From Tubulanus polymorphus (Eukaryota > Animalia > Nemertea), in NCBI RefSeq assembly GCF_964204645.1, contig NC_134025.1, positions 11,966,001 to 12,030,000 on the forward strand: DNA of 64,000 bases, given 5' to 3'. Of the stretch, positions 41,101 to 54,400 are shown in pieces. The position numbers and the translations under genes were made by a program. How positions within the stretch are numbered: position 1 is the first letter of the stretch; the number at the start of each line of letters is the position of its first letter. Below the pieces are notes generated by a model. It searched no databases, was not told the origin of the DNA, and saw nothing but the letters and a program-made list of their open reading frames with translations.

Positions 41101-43593
41101 TTCGATGACGAATCAATAAATCCATGCTTGAATCAACATCATCTACATGTGCAGTAATGTGTGATAAAGTATTTAGGATCGTAGTGATTATGGCTATGTC
41201 CTGGGATCCTAGTTATGAATGAATTTCAATGCTATCATCACATGTCTTCCTTGATGTTGAAACTGCTATTCTCGGAATAGTTCTTTTAATCAATTCAATC
41301 CAAAGAATAAATCGCCAAAAAAATCTTTCTCCTTAGATTGATTTGAATGAAGATATACTAGACTTAATGAATACGAAACTGCTTCAGTAAAGCGTATTGA
41401 TGAATATGTGGCATCAATATGAAACTTCTTCTAGAGCGTATTGGTGAATATGTGGCATTAATATGAAACTTCTCCAGTAGAGCGAGTTGGCGATTATGTG
41501 GCATTACTATAAGACGTAAACATGAGACACAAATAATGTGAATGACAAGATAACGTATGAATGAACTGACGCGGAATTAAACAGCTGTGATGAAATAGCA
41601 GTTAACAGGTTGTTTATTATAAGAAAATTATCACCAGCTGGTTCTTATTTCAAAAGTCCTTTTGTGTAAACCACCCTTATTTACTGCCAGCTTATTATTG
41701 TTATAACACCGACACTTTTAATTTTTTTCTGAATATTTCTTATAGAATAAAATTTCAATTTTATTCTGAAATATTTCCGTGAAACTAATAGTCATCTTCG
41801 CGCTTTTTTTATTACTTGGTGTACAGATCGGCCCACCAGAATTCTACCAAAAACATGTTCAAAAACATCATGTTAAAGTGTTGACGTGTTTTCATCAAAA
41901 TTTTTCAAACAAAAGGATTTTTTTGTTATTCCTGTCATAATTCTTGATCTAGTGATTAGCAAAAAGTCAAAAAACCCCCGGCAAAAAACTGTTCTTTGTC
42001 TTAATTCTTTACGTTAGATGGTAAGGCCAGATAACTAGAGTGCCACCAAGCCTTGCTAAAACAATACTGCAAGGAACCCTACCAAGCTGCCGTAGACATG
42101 TAAGACTAATAAAGAAATGGGAGGACAACATTAGGGAATGGACTGGCCTCTCCTTTGGCCAGTTGCAGAGGGAAGCCACTGACAAAGAAATGGTGGTACC
42201 ATGTTCAGGTGTCATCTCTGGTGGCCCTACAGCTACCTGGTTATCGGACTAAGCGAGTAATTTTCTAAAACAAAGATACATATATGTACTATGATAATGC
42301 AACAAATCAACGATCAGCTTACCTATTACCAGAGAAACAGCTGTTGCAGCTACAGCCACACTCCTACAAAACAACAACACAAATTTCAGAAAAATTGTCA
42401 CCACTTCTCAGGGTCCGATCTAAGCACTTGTCCGATTGCCCGGGACAATTATATTCTCATCAGGCCAAGTAGGTTATCATTACCACTCGTCCACCGGGCT
42501 TGTGCAATTTCATGTCATAAAAGCTTTTTTCCCACTCGATACAACGGATCATAGTAACACCAATCGGACTGCCTGTGTAGGGCAAGTAGCTTTTGGAGGG
42601 GGCAAGCGAAATTTCAGATATGCTTGCCCCCGGATAAATGGTTTTTATTCCCTAGATCGGACCCTGCTTCTTAAAAATTTTTCATCCAATACATAATGAA
42701 TATCATCAAAAGAAAGAGTAACAATTGAAAAACTTCCTTCCATATTACAGAAGGGCCAAAACGAATTCCAGTTTCATATTTACTCAAAATTGTTGAAATT
42801 ATAGTATAATCCGCTTAATTCGGATCATTTGGCACCAACCAAATTCATCTGGTATACTCGAGATCTGGATTAAAAGTCATTTTCTTGAAGTTGTAGACCT
42901 ATATCAGTGAACAAATAGCCGGCAAATACAGTCCGGATTAGACTAAAATCCGGATCAAGCCAATCTGGATTAAGGGGTTAGACTGTATTGAGTGACATAT
43001 CTGATTTCTAGATGTGCCGATAATCATCTATTCATACCATGAACAATCAGGCCTATGCTAACCCCATATTTATGAAATTTTAGAACCAGTTATCAATGTT
43101 TCATATTTTTAAATGAGGAGAAAAGTCAAACCCTGACCGGTTGTCACTGATGGACAAATTTTTTTTTTCGCATTTCCCAAACTTTGTTAGGCTATATCAG
43201 TTCTCATTCATAGTGAAAGGTGGGAAAAATTAGAAATAATTTTTGCACCAGGAAATGAAGGCTTAATGAAATGCTTTTTTCCACAAATTACTACGATTCA
43301 CAGGAAAAAACTTACTTTACAAATTTCAGCCATTTTGGGCACAATGACAAGTGTCCTGTAATGGGGATCACCTCTCCACATTAGCCCTTGATTTTATCAG
43401 CTTCAGTCCTCTCTACAGAATATAAAGAATTGCCTCACTTAAAACATGCACACAGTCTTTCTTTAACAAAAATACCACTTTTGAGCCTAACAGAAATTCA
43501 TATTGCTTTAGTAGTGTACAGTGGAACATAGGATTTCATAATGCTTAGTTAGCCTGTTAATAGGAATGAGGGAAGAGCAGGACTTACAGGCAT
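32136..43593 (-). CDS. TJAP1: TJAP1 (Pilt)/BEGAIN-family coiled-coil protein; start exon tentative
   Basis: Exons: candidate ATG-CCT 43588-43593; 42323-42363 (ECGCSCNSCFSGNS); 38376-38540 (LDLHHQIEELRSKL...LRDRYDR); about 34904-34970 (LYESHKKLSRVNQGLEEKLL); about 33581-33688; about 32862-32945 (ERFRNDCNTAVQLLQCKPSNFIAHKL); 32136-32567 (LPLDLQQRL...PTFPPTA). ERxRxDCNxAVQLLxC is the family signature as I recall it. Confidence 0.82.
37018..37617. mobile_element. PIF/Harbinger-type MITE
   Basis: TTA|AGGCTGGCTTATGTCGACAAG ... CTTGTCGACATAAGCCAGCCT|TTA: 21-bp perfect TIR, 3-bp TTA TSD, internal CGACATAAGC repeats. Confidence 0.85.
39606..40430 (-). mobile_element. LINE 3' fragment (CR1/L2-group ORF2 C-terminus with Cys/His motif)
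   Basis: RLTDQYIQKW, YCRIKTNFEPEWYL, LCRFRCSNHSLPIEIGR...DRLCMNCNTQTLGDERH. Tail AATAAA-(ATGAA)n near 39606-39626. Confidence 0.85.
41390..41510. repeat. About 44-bp tandem repeat, 3 diverged copies
   Basis: GCGTATTG(A/G)TGAATATGTGGCAT(C/T)AATATGAAACTTCT repeated. Confidence 0.7.
42015..42255 (+). mobile_element. RTE-clade LINE 3' fragment
   Basis: SLAKTILQGTLPSCRRHVRLIKKWEDNIREWTGLSF matches the typical RTE C-terminus (LAKTILQGT..G.R.RGR..K.WEDNI.EWTG). Confidence 0.8.
42409..42666. mobile_element. hAT-like MITE with 5-bp TSD
   Basis: CTTCT|CAGGGTCCGATCTA ... TAGATCGGACCCTG|CTTCT. Confidence 0.78.
42800..42987. mobile_element. Tc1/pogo-like MITE
   Basis: Left AGTATAATCCGCTTAATTCGGA vs right TCTGGATTAAGGGGTTAGACTG|TA, with repeated (C/T)GGATTA subterminal motifs. 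Confidence 0.5.
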
Positions 43594-45563
43594 TATCTCT
43601 GTCTCATAAGCCGCTATCACGCAAGCATTTTTGACACGGGCCAAGGATTAACTGTTCACAAATTTGGCCCAACCAAAAACATCAGAACAGACTTTAAAGC
43701 CAAATTTTAGCATGGGTAAAATCAAATTTAATGCGGGCAAAAATCATCAAAATCAAAATATCAACGAGTGATTGCGACTATAATAACTCATAAATCGAAT
43801 TTGCTTTACTTTTGAATTGATTTAAGAGTTAACCCATTCCCTTCCTATTCATACAGAATGAGAGCTTGCGATTTGCTAAAATATCCAAACATGAAAATCT
43901 GATTACTACAAGTAGAAATCTACCTGCAGACCTGGTCGGTATATCGGCCCATATATCTATCTAATTACTGTTGTAGTTAGACTGTAATGTGCGGGGCCAT
44001 ATAACGAATGAATATCATCAGTTAAAGCATCGATTAAAACTACACAAAGCATAAATCTAATGCTACCGGTACTGTGTGAGACTGTCTAACAACACATGCT
44101 ACGAAAAGTAGAATGGTTATATCGACATACTTGGAGAGTCAAACTTAAAAGCTAGACAAAAGAATGCATTTTATCAGGTTCAATGGATTTCTCTTTCTTA
44201 ATGATATAGGCCTAGTCATTTCCAAGCTATTCAGCTTGCTACTGCTTACAATTGATTGTTAAAGATTTTCCCGAATGAATAAAACTAGGGGACACCATCC
44301 CAATTGGTGAAATGCTTGACAATCTCAATATTCTACATTTCAAGTACAGTAATCAATAACCTAGAAACTCATAGAACTTGTCATACAAGTTTCATATGAA
44401 TATGAAGGCTGTATACCTGAAAGAAACTGCATCCTGCAGGACAGGAACAATGTATTTTAAGAATCCGATATAGCCACCAGATAGCAATGCTGCTTGCAAT
44501 ACAACTGAAATCGAGAGGAATTGTAACGTTTGTACCATGCACCATCTTTGTGCAAGTGAAGATATGCTCCAAAATCCGTACCCTGTAGGATGGGAAGGTG
44601 GTTTTTGAAAAAAAAATCCAACATACAATGTAGGATGCTTACATACATAGTCAAGAGACAGCTTACGTTCAGACCCAGTAGGCCTATAATAAAGCGACGT
44701 GCATAGCGATTTTACAATCTTGGTTAAAACCAGCCACTGTGTGTGCGCATGATACCAAAATGGCGGATATTGACGAAGAATCCTCCATTGTTTTATTGGG
44801 AGCTTTATATGTAACGGCGATCACTGATTAGCTGAAGAATCATTTTCCATCACAGCGTGTCGCTGTTGCCGCACACGAGTGATTTTACTGTGACGATATG
44901 CTCGATATTGTGTGCGAGGAAAACTGAAATCAGTTGCAGTCGCATGAATCCCCGGACGCATTACTATTGCGTGAAAAAAGGACTTATTAATGAACTCAGC
45001 ATTTTTTCTTGTATCTATTTCATCTGACTTCAGTGGAATGTAGGAACATTATGATACGTATATAATCGATGCTGGATCATCGTCAATCCAAGCTCTTTAT
45101 AGCTTTCAGTTGCCTGAGAGCAGAAAACGATGTTTCACTTAGCTGCTCATCAGTGAGACTGACCATTTATAATCATGAATTGTTTTGCAGTGATATAATT
45201 TCTGTGCTTTGATTTAGTTTTTGAAAAATGTGGAACTACATGTCATTTGGAACAATTTTGGTCCGGACTCGTTTGACGGGGTAGTTAAGGCGTGTGTCTT
45301 GCGTAAATATGCATATCCAACTTTGGAGTAATCATTTGACAAATGTTTACTCCAAGATACAACCCATTTTCAGGACTGGGTGAACCAATGATATAAAAAA
45401 CAAATAAAGCCATGTATCCTACAACTCAGACTAGTCACCCCTAAAATCAATCCAAAACACAGTCAACAAAAAGAACTCTAAAAATGTTTAACACCAGAAC
45501 CCTGCATCAACCACCAGTAATGAATCATATGGGTAACTCAGTTATAGGCCTAGATGATACGTT

Positions 45564-46445
45564 CAGAGATGCTAGGGCCAAAGTACCAAAATTCCGGAAT
45601 TTAGAACGGGGGTCAGAAAAATTCTCCCCCAGGAAAAATTTTGCGTTTTTGCATCACCGGAGATGCAGTATCACGATCGGCATCTTTCATCTGAAAATAC
45701 GACGGCAGGCATTCGTTGTGCTTCACATCCCTCGCTGCCTTCTTATGCTGCGCGCTATCCGGGTGACGAAGAATATCTTTTTTCCCGCCACTACTGTATT
45801 TGACCTGGTCTTTACAAACGACGCAGTACGCCATGCCATCTAAGTCTAACTTACGAATGTAGTTCGATAAGTAGTCCCCGTTACTGTCCTTACACTCTAG
45901 CCAGTGCCAGTTAAATTTATTTTTTATACCGCTGTCAATTGCCTTTATATCGGCCGACTCCCGACTGACAATCTTTCCGTGCATGCTCATTTTGCAGACC
46001 GTCCCGCTTGACAGCTGCAGGCAAAAAGAAAGTTACAAAGCTGCGTGCCTCAGGACATAGCACGCGCATGGTTATAATTAAGATGATATTTATTAAATAT
46101 CATCTTAATTATTGCCACGTGCATCTTCACATTGTTGGCCGTCAGCGGGACGATGTACAACGGCGCGTAAAGATAATTTGAAATGGCGTCACAACAGTGG
46201 CGCTCCACCTACGCATGCACAGATACCACCACAAGCACACATATATACATTGTAGCAGAACATCCTCGGAAACGGAGACCAAGATAAAATAACACAGAAG
46301 CGACGACAAGTACAAGCAAACGAACGCTTTTACGGTCCGTGCCATTACTGGTCGCCGCGAGGAATTCTCACCAAATTTCCGGAATTGACATCGGCGATCC
46401 TAAATTTCCGGAATTCCGGATATTTCCGGAAAACTAGCATCTCTG
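45564..46445 (-). mobile_element. Internally deleted hAT-like DNA transposon with a transposase N-terminus (BED-like zinc finger) and 6-bp TSD
   Basis: TACGTT|CAGAGATGCTAG ... CTAGCATCTCTG|TACGTT, with TTCCGGAA subterminal repeats. ORF 45613-45990(-) IKNKFNWHWLE...YIRKLDLDGMAYCVVCKDQVKY...LRHPDSAQHK (CxxC...HxxxxxH) runs into the TIR region. Confidence 0.8.
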
Positions 46446-46503
46446 TACGTTTCTTACAACTCAAATAAATTTCATCAAATCTTGAAAAGTGCCTCTACTC
46501 CTT

Positions 46504-46920
46504 GGTGCGATTCAAGAATAGGGGACTATAGCAATACATATGTAGTGATAGTAATCAATTAAGTAATAATATTAGTAATTGATAATGATGATATATAATG
46601 ATAGTAATGTATATAGTAATTAATGATGATTAGGGAACTAAACCTAACCCTAACCCTAATCCTAACCACTAGTCCCCTATTCTTGAATCTTACCGCAGTT
46701 TATTACCCTAAGGACACCTAATAAACTGCGGTAAGATTCAAGAATAGGGGACTAGTGGTTAGGATTAGGGTTAGGATTAGGTTTAGTTCCCTAATCATCA
46801 TTAATTACTATATACATTACTATCATTATATATCATCATTATCAATTACTAATATTATTACTTAATTGATTACTATCACTACATATATAATGCTATAGTC
46901 CCCTATTCTTGAATCGCACC
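46504..46920. repeat. Near-perfect palindrome of two inverted copies of a 202-bp TIR/microsatellite element
   Basis: Arms 46504-46705 and 46719-46920 (3 mismatches seen) with a 13-nt spacer. Each arm has its own IR GATTCAAGAATAGGGGACTA/TAGTCCCCTATTCTTGAATC and (CCTAAC/T)n repeats. Confidence 0.92.
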
Positions 46921-48427
46921 GGTGTCCTTAGGGTACCTAACCTTACCATACCACTATTCTTTAATAACACTTAGCGCCACATTGTGGAAAGGGGACCTAA
47001 ATTGTAGTTAGACCGAAGAACTGACACTGATCATAGCAGCCACGCAGGTGCAGTGTCATTGACTGCCAGTGCCAGATTTGCCAACAAAAAAAGTTCGATT
47101 TTGATTTTATCATTAGGACATTTAACTCTTTCTATACCCTAAACACAACAGACTCGAATGAAGTAATAAAAAGACACCATACCAAAAAATATGGAAATAA
47201 CTATATCTACGCACGACTTATCATCATTCGAGTCGTCTCTAGGCGTCAAATATGGTTCAGATTTAGGCTCCAATCATCCATTTATCACACTGACAACTCG
47301 TACCCGGAAGTAAATCGCTCTTCTCGAGCTAGCGCGGGAACAGGCTGCTCAGGCCGTGAACTCGCCCGTGCCATCCTACACATGTATCACCACCCAAACC
47401 TTTCTATGCGAACCGATGAAAGATTATTGTATGATATTAGCAATTAACTAAAGAAGGACAATCAATGGCACTACGCTGACGTCTTACAAACGTCTAATTA
47501 TTTTAGCATTTGAATTGCTTGAAGATCTAGCCACAAAAACAACTGGACAAATTTGTAGCGTAACTCGCTCGAGCTGTCGTACTGAGTCGTTTCTGAACTG
47601 AACCAGAGTTCGGTACAGAAACGACTGTAAGACATTAAAACTCGAAAAGCCACCTGAAAAACTCTATTAAGAGTTATAAGGCAGATTTAAGAAAATAAAG
47701 CGTTTGAACGCTAATGGTTCAAACAGTCGGTCAGTTTATAAATATTATTAGATATTGACTCCATAACTCAATCTAATCTGAAATGCAGGTGGGCGGATTC
47801 ACTGTGGCTTTTAAGACTAAGTCGATCAGTTTTTTTAATAACTAAGCTTATGCATCATTTATTGTTGACAATATTAAACAATGTATGCCTACGTGTGTCA
47901 CTTCCATGAAAGTGGAACATTTTTTTTTCGAAAGTGTACCTTTTGTAAAGTATCCACGCAAATAATAGGTTCTCGGAGTACTCGTGAAGAAAATGCGATG
48001 CAAAGTAAAGCAATTTCATAACTTCTTACATATTTCGGGTGAAAATTTTACTTTTTCCCTACTATTTTGCCTCAAATAAAGTTAGGAAGCGTATTTTGAA
48101 AGAAGACCAATGGAAAAGTGTTACCAATGAGTGAATCTTTTGAAATCGATGCTGACATTTTCTTGCCGGCATATGGGCAGAACTTCGTCGATGAGCGTTC
48201 GTCAAGGGGGTTCGTTCGAACCCCCCCCCCTTAAATACGGGCCTGCACCACAGCTACTTGTAAAATCTCCACTCTCTCGTAATCTCAATTCCAAAAAGAG
48301 GATTTAGAAATCAAATATATAAATCCCATGTATATTTATTTTTCAAATTGCTTTATGGTCTATGAATCATATTACATTAACTCGACAAACAATGACTAAT
48401 CTCAAATAAAATTTCGTAAAGATAAAA

Positions 48428-51400
48428 CTAGCTAGTGAATAAATCGTGACAAAGTAAAAACTTTTTCAATATTTCCGGCAAAGGAAGCCGATGTATTGAA
48501 TTTCGAAATTTACTTCCTCCGCAGGTCTGTGCAACGCGATTACGGATCATACGTCTACAGCTGTTCAATAAAGAAAGCGGATCCGTCAAAAGAGTGAAGG
48601 CCCAATGAATTTCTGCTCCTGATGGGCGAGTCGTTAACATTTCCTTTTCACGGCCGCTTACTTTGTAACCAGCCTTAATAAGAATATCGAAAGCCATCAA
48701 ATTTCCGCAGTTTACCGCCGCAATGATAGGGCTTATCTTGTTTATACCGATAAGCTCATCAAATTCTACGCATGATGATAAATCAACGCCATTTTCGAGC
48801 AGCAGGAACAAGTTTTTCGGAATCTTCTCCCATACAGCTTTAACTAACGGACTAACGCCTCGATTGTTCGACTTATTGACGTCAGCACCGGCAGAAATCA
48901 ACGCCTGGACATGGAGTGTATCGTGTTTACCGATCGCTATCATAAGAGCCGTGGTCGGTTGAGTGTCCGGTTCACATATCGCATCTAGATCTGCTCCGTG
49001 ATCGAGAAGAGTCTCCAAAGAGGCCCGACTAGATTGCCGACAAGCAACGTGCAACGCGGTCACGCCGTTTTCAGTAGGTTTGTCGATGTCCGCGCCGTGA
49101 GCTAAAAGCGAATTGACGATGCTCACGTGGTTGAAATGAGCGGCGATATGCAAGGGCGTTATACCGAAGCCGTGGTGGCGTCTGTGCTCGATTCGACTTT
49201 TGACGACATTGCAATCGAACCCGCTATTGAGCAACAGCTGTAAAAATAAATGTATATATGTATATCAAAAAATGTTAGTGGAGAAAAAAATCTATCTTTT
49301 AAAAAGTTTAGAAGTTTGTTTGATAGAAATATATACACCGGTACATCATAAGTATTTGAGAAAAGACGTTTGGCAAGTCTCGATAAATTTTAGACAGCAA
49401 GTCAAAAATAAAAATAGGCCTACGTTTGTCAAGATAAATTTGTTTGAAAAAATTACATTTATCACGAGAGCATACGTTGGGATTTTAAAAAAGGTTTCCA
49501 TATGGTACTACCCTCGTTACAAACTAATAGTTCATAGTTGATCAACTACCTCTGCAACGCCAGTGGCATCTTTTTCAGCTGCTAAGTGAAGAGCAGTTTC
49601 CCCGACATTATTCACTGCGTTTACGTCGCATCCAGCTTTTATGAGAAATTCTGATGCCTCGAATTGTCGTTTAACTATAGCCCCTTGAAAGGCAGTGTTA
49701 CCTTAAAGAAATAGACGGCACTCAAACATTTCGGATGAAATCATTTGTCATTAGAGTAAATATTGATCTCATATAAATGTGTATGATGTATTCAAAAACG
49801 GTTGAAATACAGCAAGACCTAGTTCCACAGTTCTGAGTTGAGATTTTACTCGGAAAGCTCATTGGAAATATGCTTCTTCTGGAGTTAAGTCTGACTCACT
49901 TCGTGTGGAACTGGGTCCCAGGGGTTTCGTTTTATTCGCATTGTTTCGTAGCTTTAAAGAGTTTCAAAATCCTAAATATGAACATCTGGTTGTATGGCAG
50001 AACGAAATGAACATCTTTTCACCGAGCAATATACAGGGCTGCCAACCTTTCAAAATTCCATTTAGGGATGAATGGCAGATTAATTAGGAATATTGAAGGT
50101 TTCAATAGGAATATATCGAAACCGAAGAAATTGTGACTTTTCCAAGTAGGAATATTTTGCTTTCAATTAGGAATACCTGTCACGTGTAATATATGAAAGC
50201 TGGATATGAAAATATGGAATTATTAGCAAAATAAAAAATCAGCAAATTCTACAGAATGTATTTTTTCTTTATTATTTTATGAAAGATAAAAATCAACAGT
50301 GTTTATCAAAAATATACAATAGACTAAAAAATAAGAACATAAAACTGGCATAAATTGTCAAACGAATTACATAACACTATACAGCTGTCATGCGAATATA
50401 TCCATTTCCAGCATCAATTCCACGATACTGTCCAAGAGAGACTCCACGTACAGAACTGAAAGATACAAACAGTAAAAAGTCTCTAAATCTACATGCTACT
50501 CGATGGTGCTGCCATCTGCCAAATATGCGAACTAAAAGTTTACTTTGATGTGAACGCCCTACTCCTCCACCGATCGTGAGGGGTAATCAGGGTTCGAACA
50601 CGTAATTTTAATTATTCGATTCGACAGTCCGACGATTCGCTGGTATCTCGTCGCAGCGGCTTTGTTGGGGTGTACAGCCTTGGCTCCAACCACCAGTAGA
50701 AAAGAAATTACTCCACGGCCTCTCCAACAACCTGCGACAAACAATATTTCATAAATAGCCAAATATTTATTCATTCATCAACAGTTAGGTAAGTTACCGC
50801 CATTCGCGGAATCAATACGATGAATCACCACACTTATACAACATATTCTTTTAACATAAATACACATTTAACAATGCATTCATACAAACAAGAACCCGAC
50901 TCACCTGCGACAAACAATATTTCATAAATAGCCAAATATTTATTCATTCATCAACAGTTAGGTAAGTTACCGCCATTCGCGGAATCAATACGATGAATGA
51001 CCACACAAACCCACAACCAGAACATAACCGAGAGGGCGCCACAGGCTGGAGTGTCGTTCAGAAAACAAAAGATTACTCAACCAATGTCATCTATGAATGT
51101 CTGTCACATACTCCCCCAAGCCGTAAAATATCGTCCTCGATATCTCAAAGTGTATCTGAACAAATCGTACACGAACTGGGACAGCATAAGAAGAAGAATA
51201 AAATGTCAAGGCCAACAACAACTGATTTCAGCAGTCAACCACATGATACAATAAACGATACAACAACACGTTCCCTCTCCCCTTTTTTTTTTGATAGTTT
51301 TTTTAATTTTCTTCTTATATCATATTGCATATACTAAACGAGTTTACATGCTACACTCTACTCTATACCAGTCCGGATCATGTTGGCAAGCGCATCCAAC

Positions 51401-54400
51401 AGTTTAGGATTCTCTAAAACCTCCGGAATTTTCGCATATTCCAGGAACAATTCAATCCTCCTACGATCCGTCTGCATGTTGAACATTAGAAATTCACCCG
51501 AACGCTGCCAAGCCGGGGGTCGTCTCGTCCGCGGTCTTGGCACAGGTCGCTCCTCCGAACTAGGACTTGGCTCGTCAACATCCGGTGAAGTTGAAACAGA
51601 GGGTGAACTAGCTGGCACGCTATCCACCGACAAAGGGCTCAACGGAGGAGTCTCCACGTCAACCAGAACTGGATGCTCCACAGAATCGCTTGTTCCCTCA
51701 GCTCCCGGTGATTCCGGAACGGAGGCCATTTCCGATCGCACAATCTCCTCAGAAATTGGAGCTGGAGAAACACTCTCAATGGAACTTCGAGATAACACGG
51801 TGTCCGCACCCGCAATCCCAGGCTCAACGACGGGAGGTTCCTCCGCAGTTTCCACTTCGCGTGAGACAAGTACCCAGTCTTCCTCGTCGGACCCATCGTC
51901 CGCTACTTCGGCAACTATTTCCTCTGGCATATTAGTATTACCAACAGCGACTTTCTCCGAAGTAACATGCTCCGGGTTTGCTTCCTTTACTCGGAATGAT
52001 TCCTCACTGTCACGCAAAGGAGTAGCCAAAGGTAATAACTTGTTCCTATGCAGAATCCTCCTACCCCCATCTTCAATTCTTTTTACCTCGTAAACAGGTA
52101 CATCTCCAGTTACCTTGCTTTCTACGATATAAGGCACCGATTCCCAGCGGTCAGCTAATTTATGTCGTTCCCTAAATCCTTCACGCTTGACCAACACCAT
52201 ATCACCGGGCGTTAATTCTGCACTCTTAGCTCTCCTGTCATATAACTCTTTCCGTCTATCCCCTTGCCTAGACAAGTGATCTGCTGCCAAATTCCACGCC
52301 ACTTCCAATTGATTTTCCATCTGCTTCACATACTCTGTTGTCGACGTCACACTTTCTTCATTACCCCAACCAAATTTCTTATCAACTGACAGTCTGGGTC
52401 TTCTTCCGAACATAAGGTAGAATGGCTCAAAGCCTGTCGACTCGTGGGGCGTGCAATTATACGCATACACCAATGCATTAATATGCCTCCGCCAGTTTCT
52501 CTTTTCCTCGGGCGGCAAACTACCCAGTAGTCGAATCAACGTACCATTAAACCGTTCCACAGCACCATTGCCCGCAGGGTGATACGGTGTAGTTCGGGTT
52601 TTCCTCATACCGGTCAACTCGCATAACTCCTTGATCACACGACTTTCGAAGGCAGGCCCCTGATCCGAATGAAGTTGAACAGGCGCTCCGAATTTCAGCA
52701 CCACTTCGTTGAATAAACACTTAGCCACCGTTCTAGCCGTCTCATTTTTAGTCGGAATAGCCATCGCAAACTTAGTGAAATGATCGGTCATAACAAGCAC
52801 CTTTTCGAAACCTTGACTCGGCTCCAATGTTAAAAAATCAATGCACAGTAACTCCATAGGGTACGATGTCTCAATGCTGACCAGCGGGGCAACTTGTGTA
52901 GGCGTCGAAGCCTTCAGCAGCACACAGCGCTTACAACTCTTCAAATATTCCTCGACATCGGATTTCATTCCGGGCCAATAACATCTTCGTCTCAATAACG
53001 CCAACGTTTTGTCACGGCCGGGATGCCCCAACCGATCGTGCAAACAGTCAAGCATCTCCGCCCTCTCCGAATAGGGCAACCAAACTTTCAGCTCTGACAC
53101 TCTATTTTCAACAACTCTGCGGTACAAAACATCATCCAGAAGTTCCAGCGACTTAAAAACCCGACAGATCCCGTACTCCGATGGCTTAGCTGGCCGGAAT
53201 CTTGTCTTGGTCCTTAAACAAGAAACAACGCGTCGAATAGTCGGGTCTCGCTCCTGCAATTTCCGCATGTCTACCTCTGCTACCCCTCCGGCTTTCGTCA
53301 CAGGGACTGACGGACTTACGGTACAAATTGCTGCAAAGACGTCAGCAGTGATCCGATTTAATGGACTTCGACTCAGCGCATCTGCATCCCGCATATTAGC
53401 GCCACTATGGTATTCGAGTTCCAAATCGTACACTGATAAAGCCTGTAGCCAGCGATGTCCCGTGGCATCCAGTTTCGCAGATTTCAACACATAAGACATG
53501 GGGTTCGAATCAGTATGGACACAACATTTGTTACCATACAAGTAATCATGGAACTTTTCCGTCGCCGCCCATTTCAGAGCCAGGAACTCAAGCTTGTGCG
53601 CAGGATACTTCTTCTCTGAAGCATTCAATCCTCTACTTGCGTAAGCGATTACCTTCTTTACTCCCTTTCCATCTGTTTGGTATAGGATCGCACCTAATCC
53701 ATCATGAGCTGCATCCGTATGAAGCTCGAAGGGTCTATTAAAGTCTGCGAACCCTAAGATGGGGCTTGACGTCAACATCTCCTTCAACCTCGTGAATGCG
53801 TTTTCTTCATCCTGTCCCCACTGTACCTCAATCCTCCGTTCCGCTGTCTTACGTTTCCCCTTAAGATTCGTGACTCCCGTTAACAATTTCGTTAACGGAG
53901 CAGCTACTCTGGCATAGTCCTTTATAAAGCGTCTATAATAGCCCGAAAACCCCAGGAATTGTCGCACTTCAGTTACGGTTCTAGGGGCCGGCCAATCCTT
54001 CACAGCACTTAATTTCGCTGGATCGGGTTCAACTCCCTTTTCAGAGATCCTGTGCCCGAGGTAAACAACTGCTGACCGTAAAAACTCACATTTTGAGGGT
54101 TTCAACTTCAGTCCTGCAGCAGCAAGTCGATCCAACACAAGAGTCCACACGTTGAAATCTAACCCGGATCTTCGAATGCTAATCGCGCTGCGAAAACGAG
54201 CTAATTACCGCAGTAAACCGATTCTTCTCCGAAACGATGCGGAGCAATTTGACAATAACAATCACATTTTGCCACATGTCATAATATTTTCACAAAAATG
54301 ATTGAAAACAACGTATTTTAAAACGAATGAACTTTATTTTTATTCTTGAAACAAATTAAAAAGCTGCTCTCCTACTACGAAATAATCGTACGCCATGCGT

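Noticed and set aside
44760-44831. AAAATGGCGG as the start of a plus-strand gene
   Set aside because: The frame closes after about 23 codons. More likely a YY1-type motif in the TJAP1-like 5' region.
45120-45165. CTGATGA...GAAAC on the minus strand as a second hammerhead ribozyme
   Set aside because: No convincing stem II or stem I and no suitable cleavage triplet. The strand instead reads ETSFSALRQLK, resembling a hAT dimerisation-domain remnant.
46640-46790. (TAACCC)n/(TTAGGG)n as an interstitial telomere or chromosome-fusion site
   Set aside because: Only 3-4 imperfect units per arm, embedded in a small IR element. The arrangement follows from the inverted duplication.
51380-52093. 237-aa Ser/Thr-rich plus-strand ORF
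   Set aside because: Antisense shadow of the low-complexity Gypsy pol tail. The same applies to 14074-14361 and 23799-24053, which lie opposite real genes.
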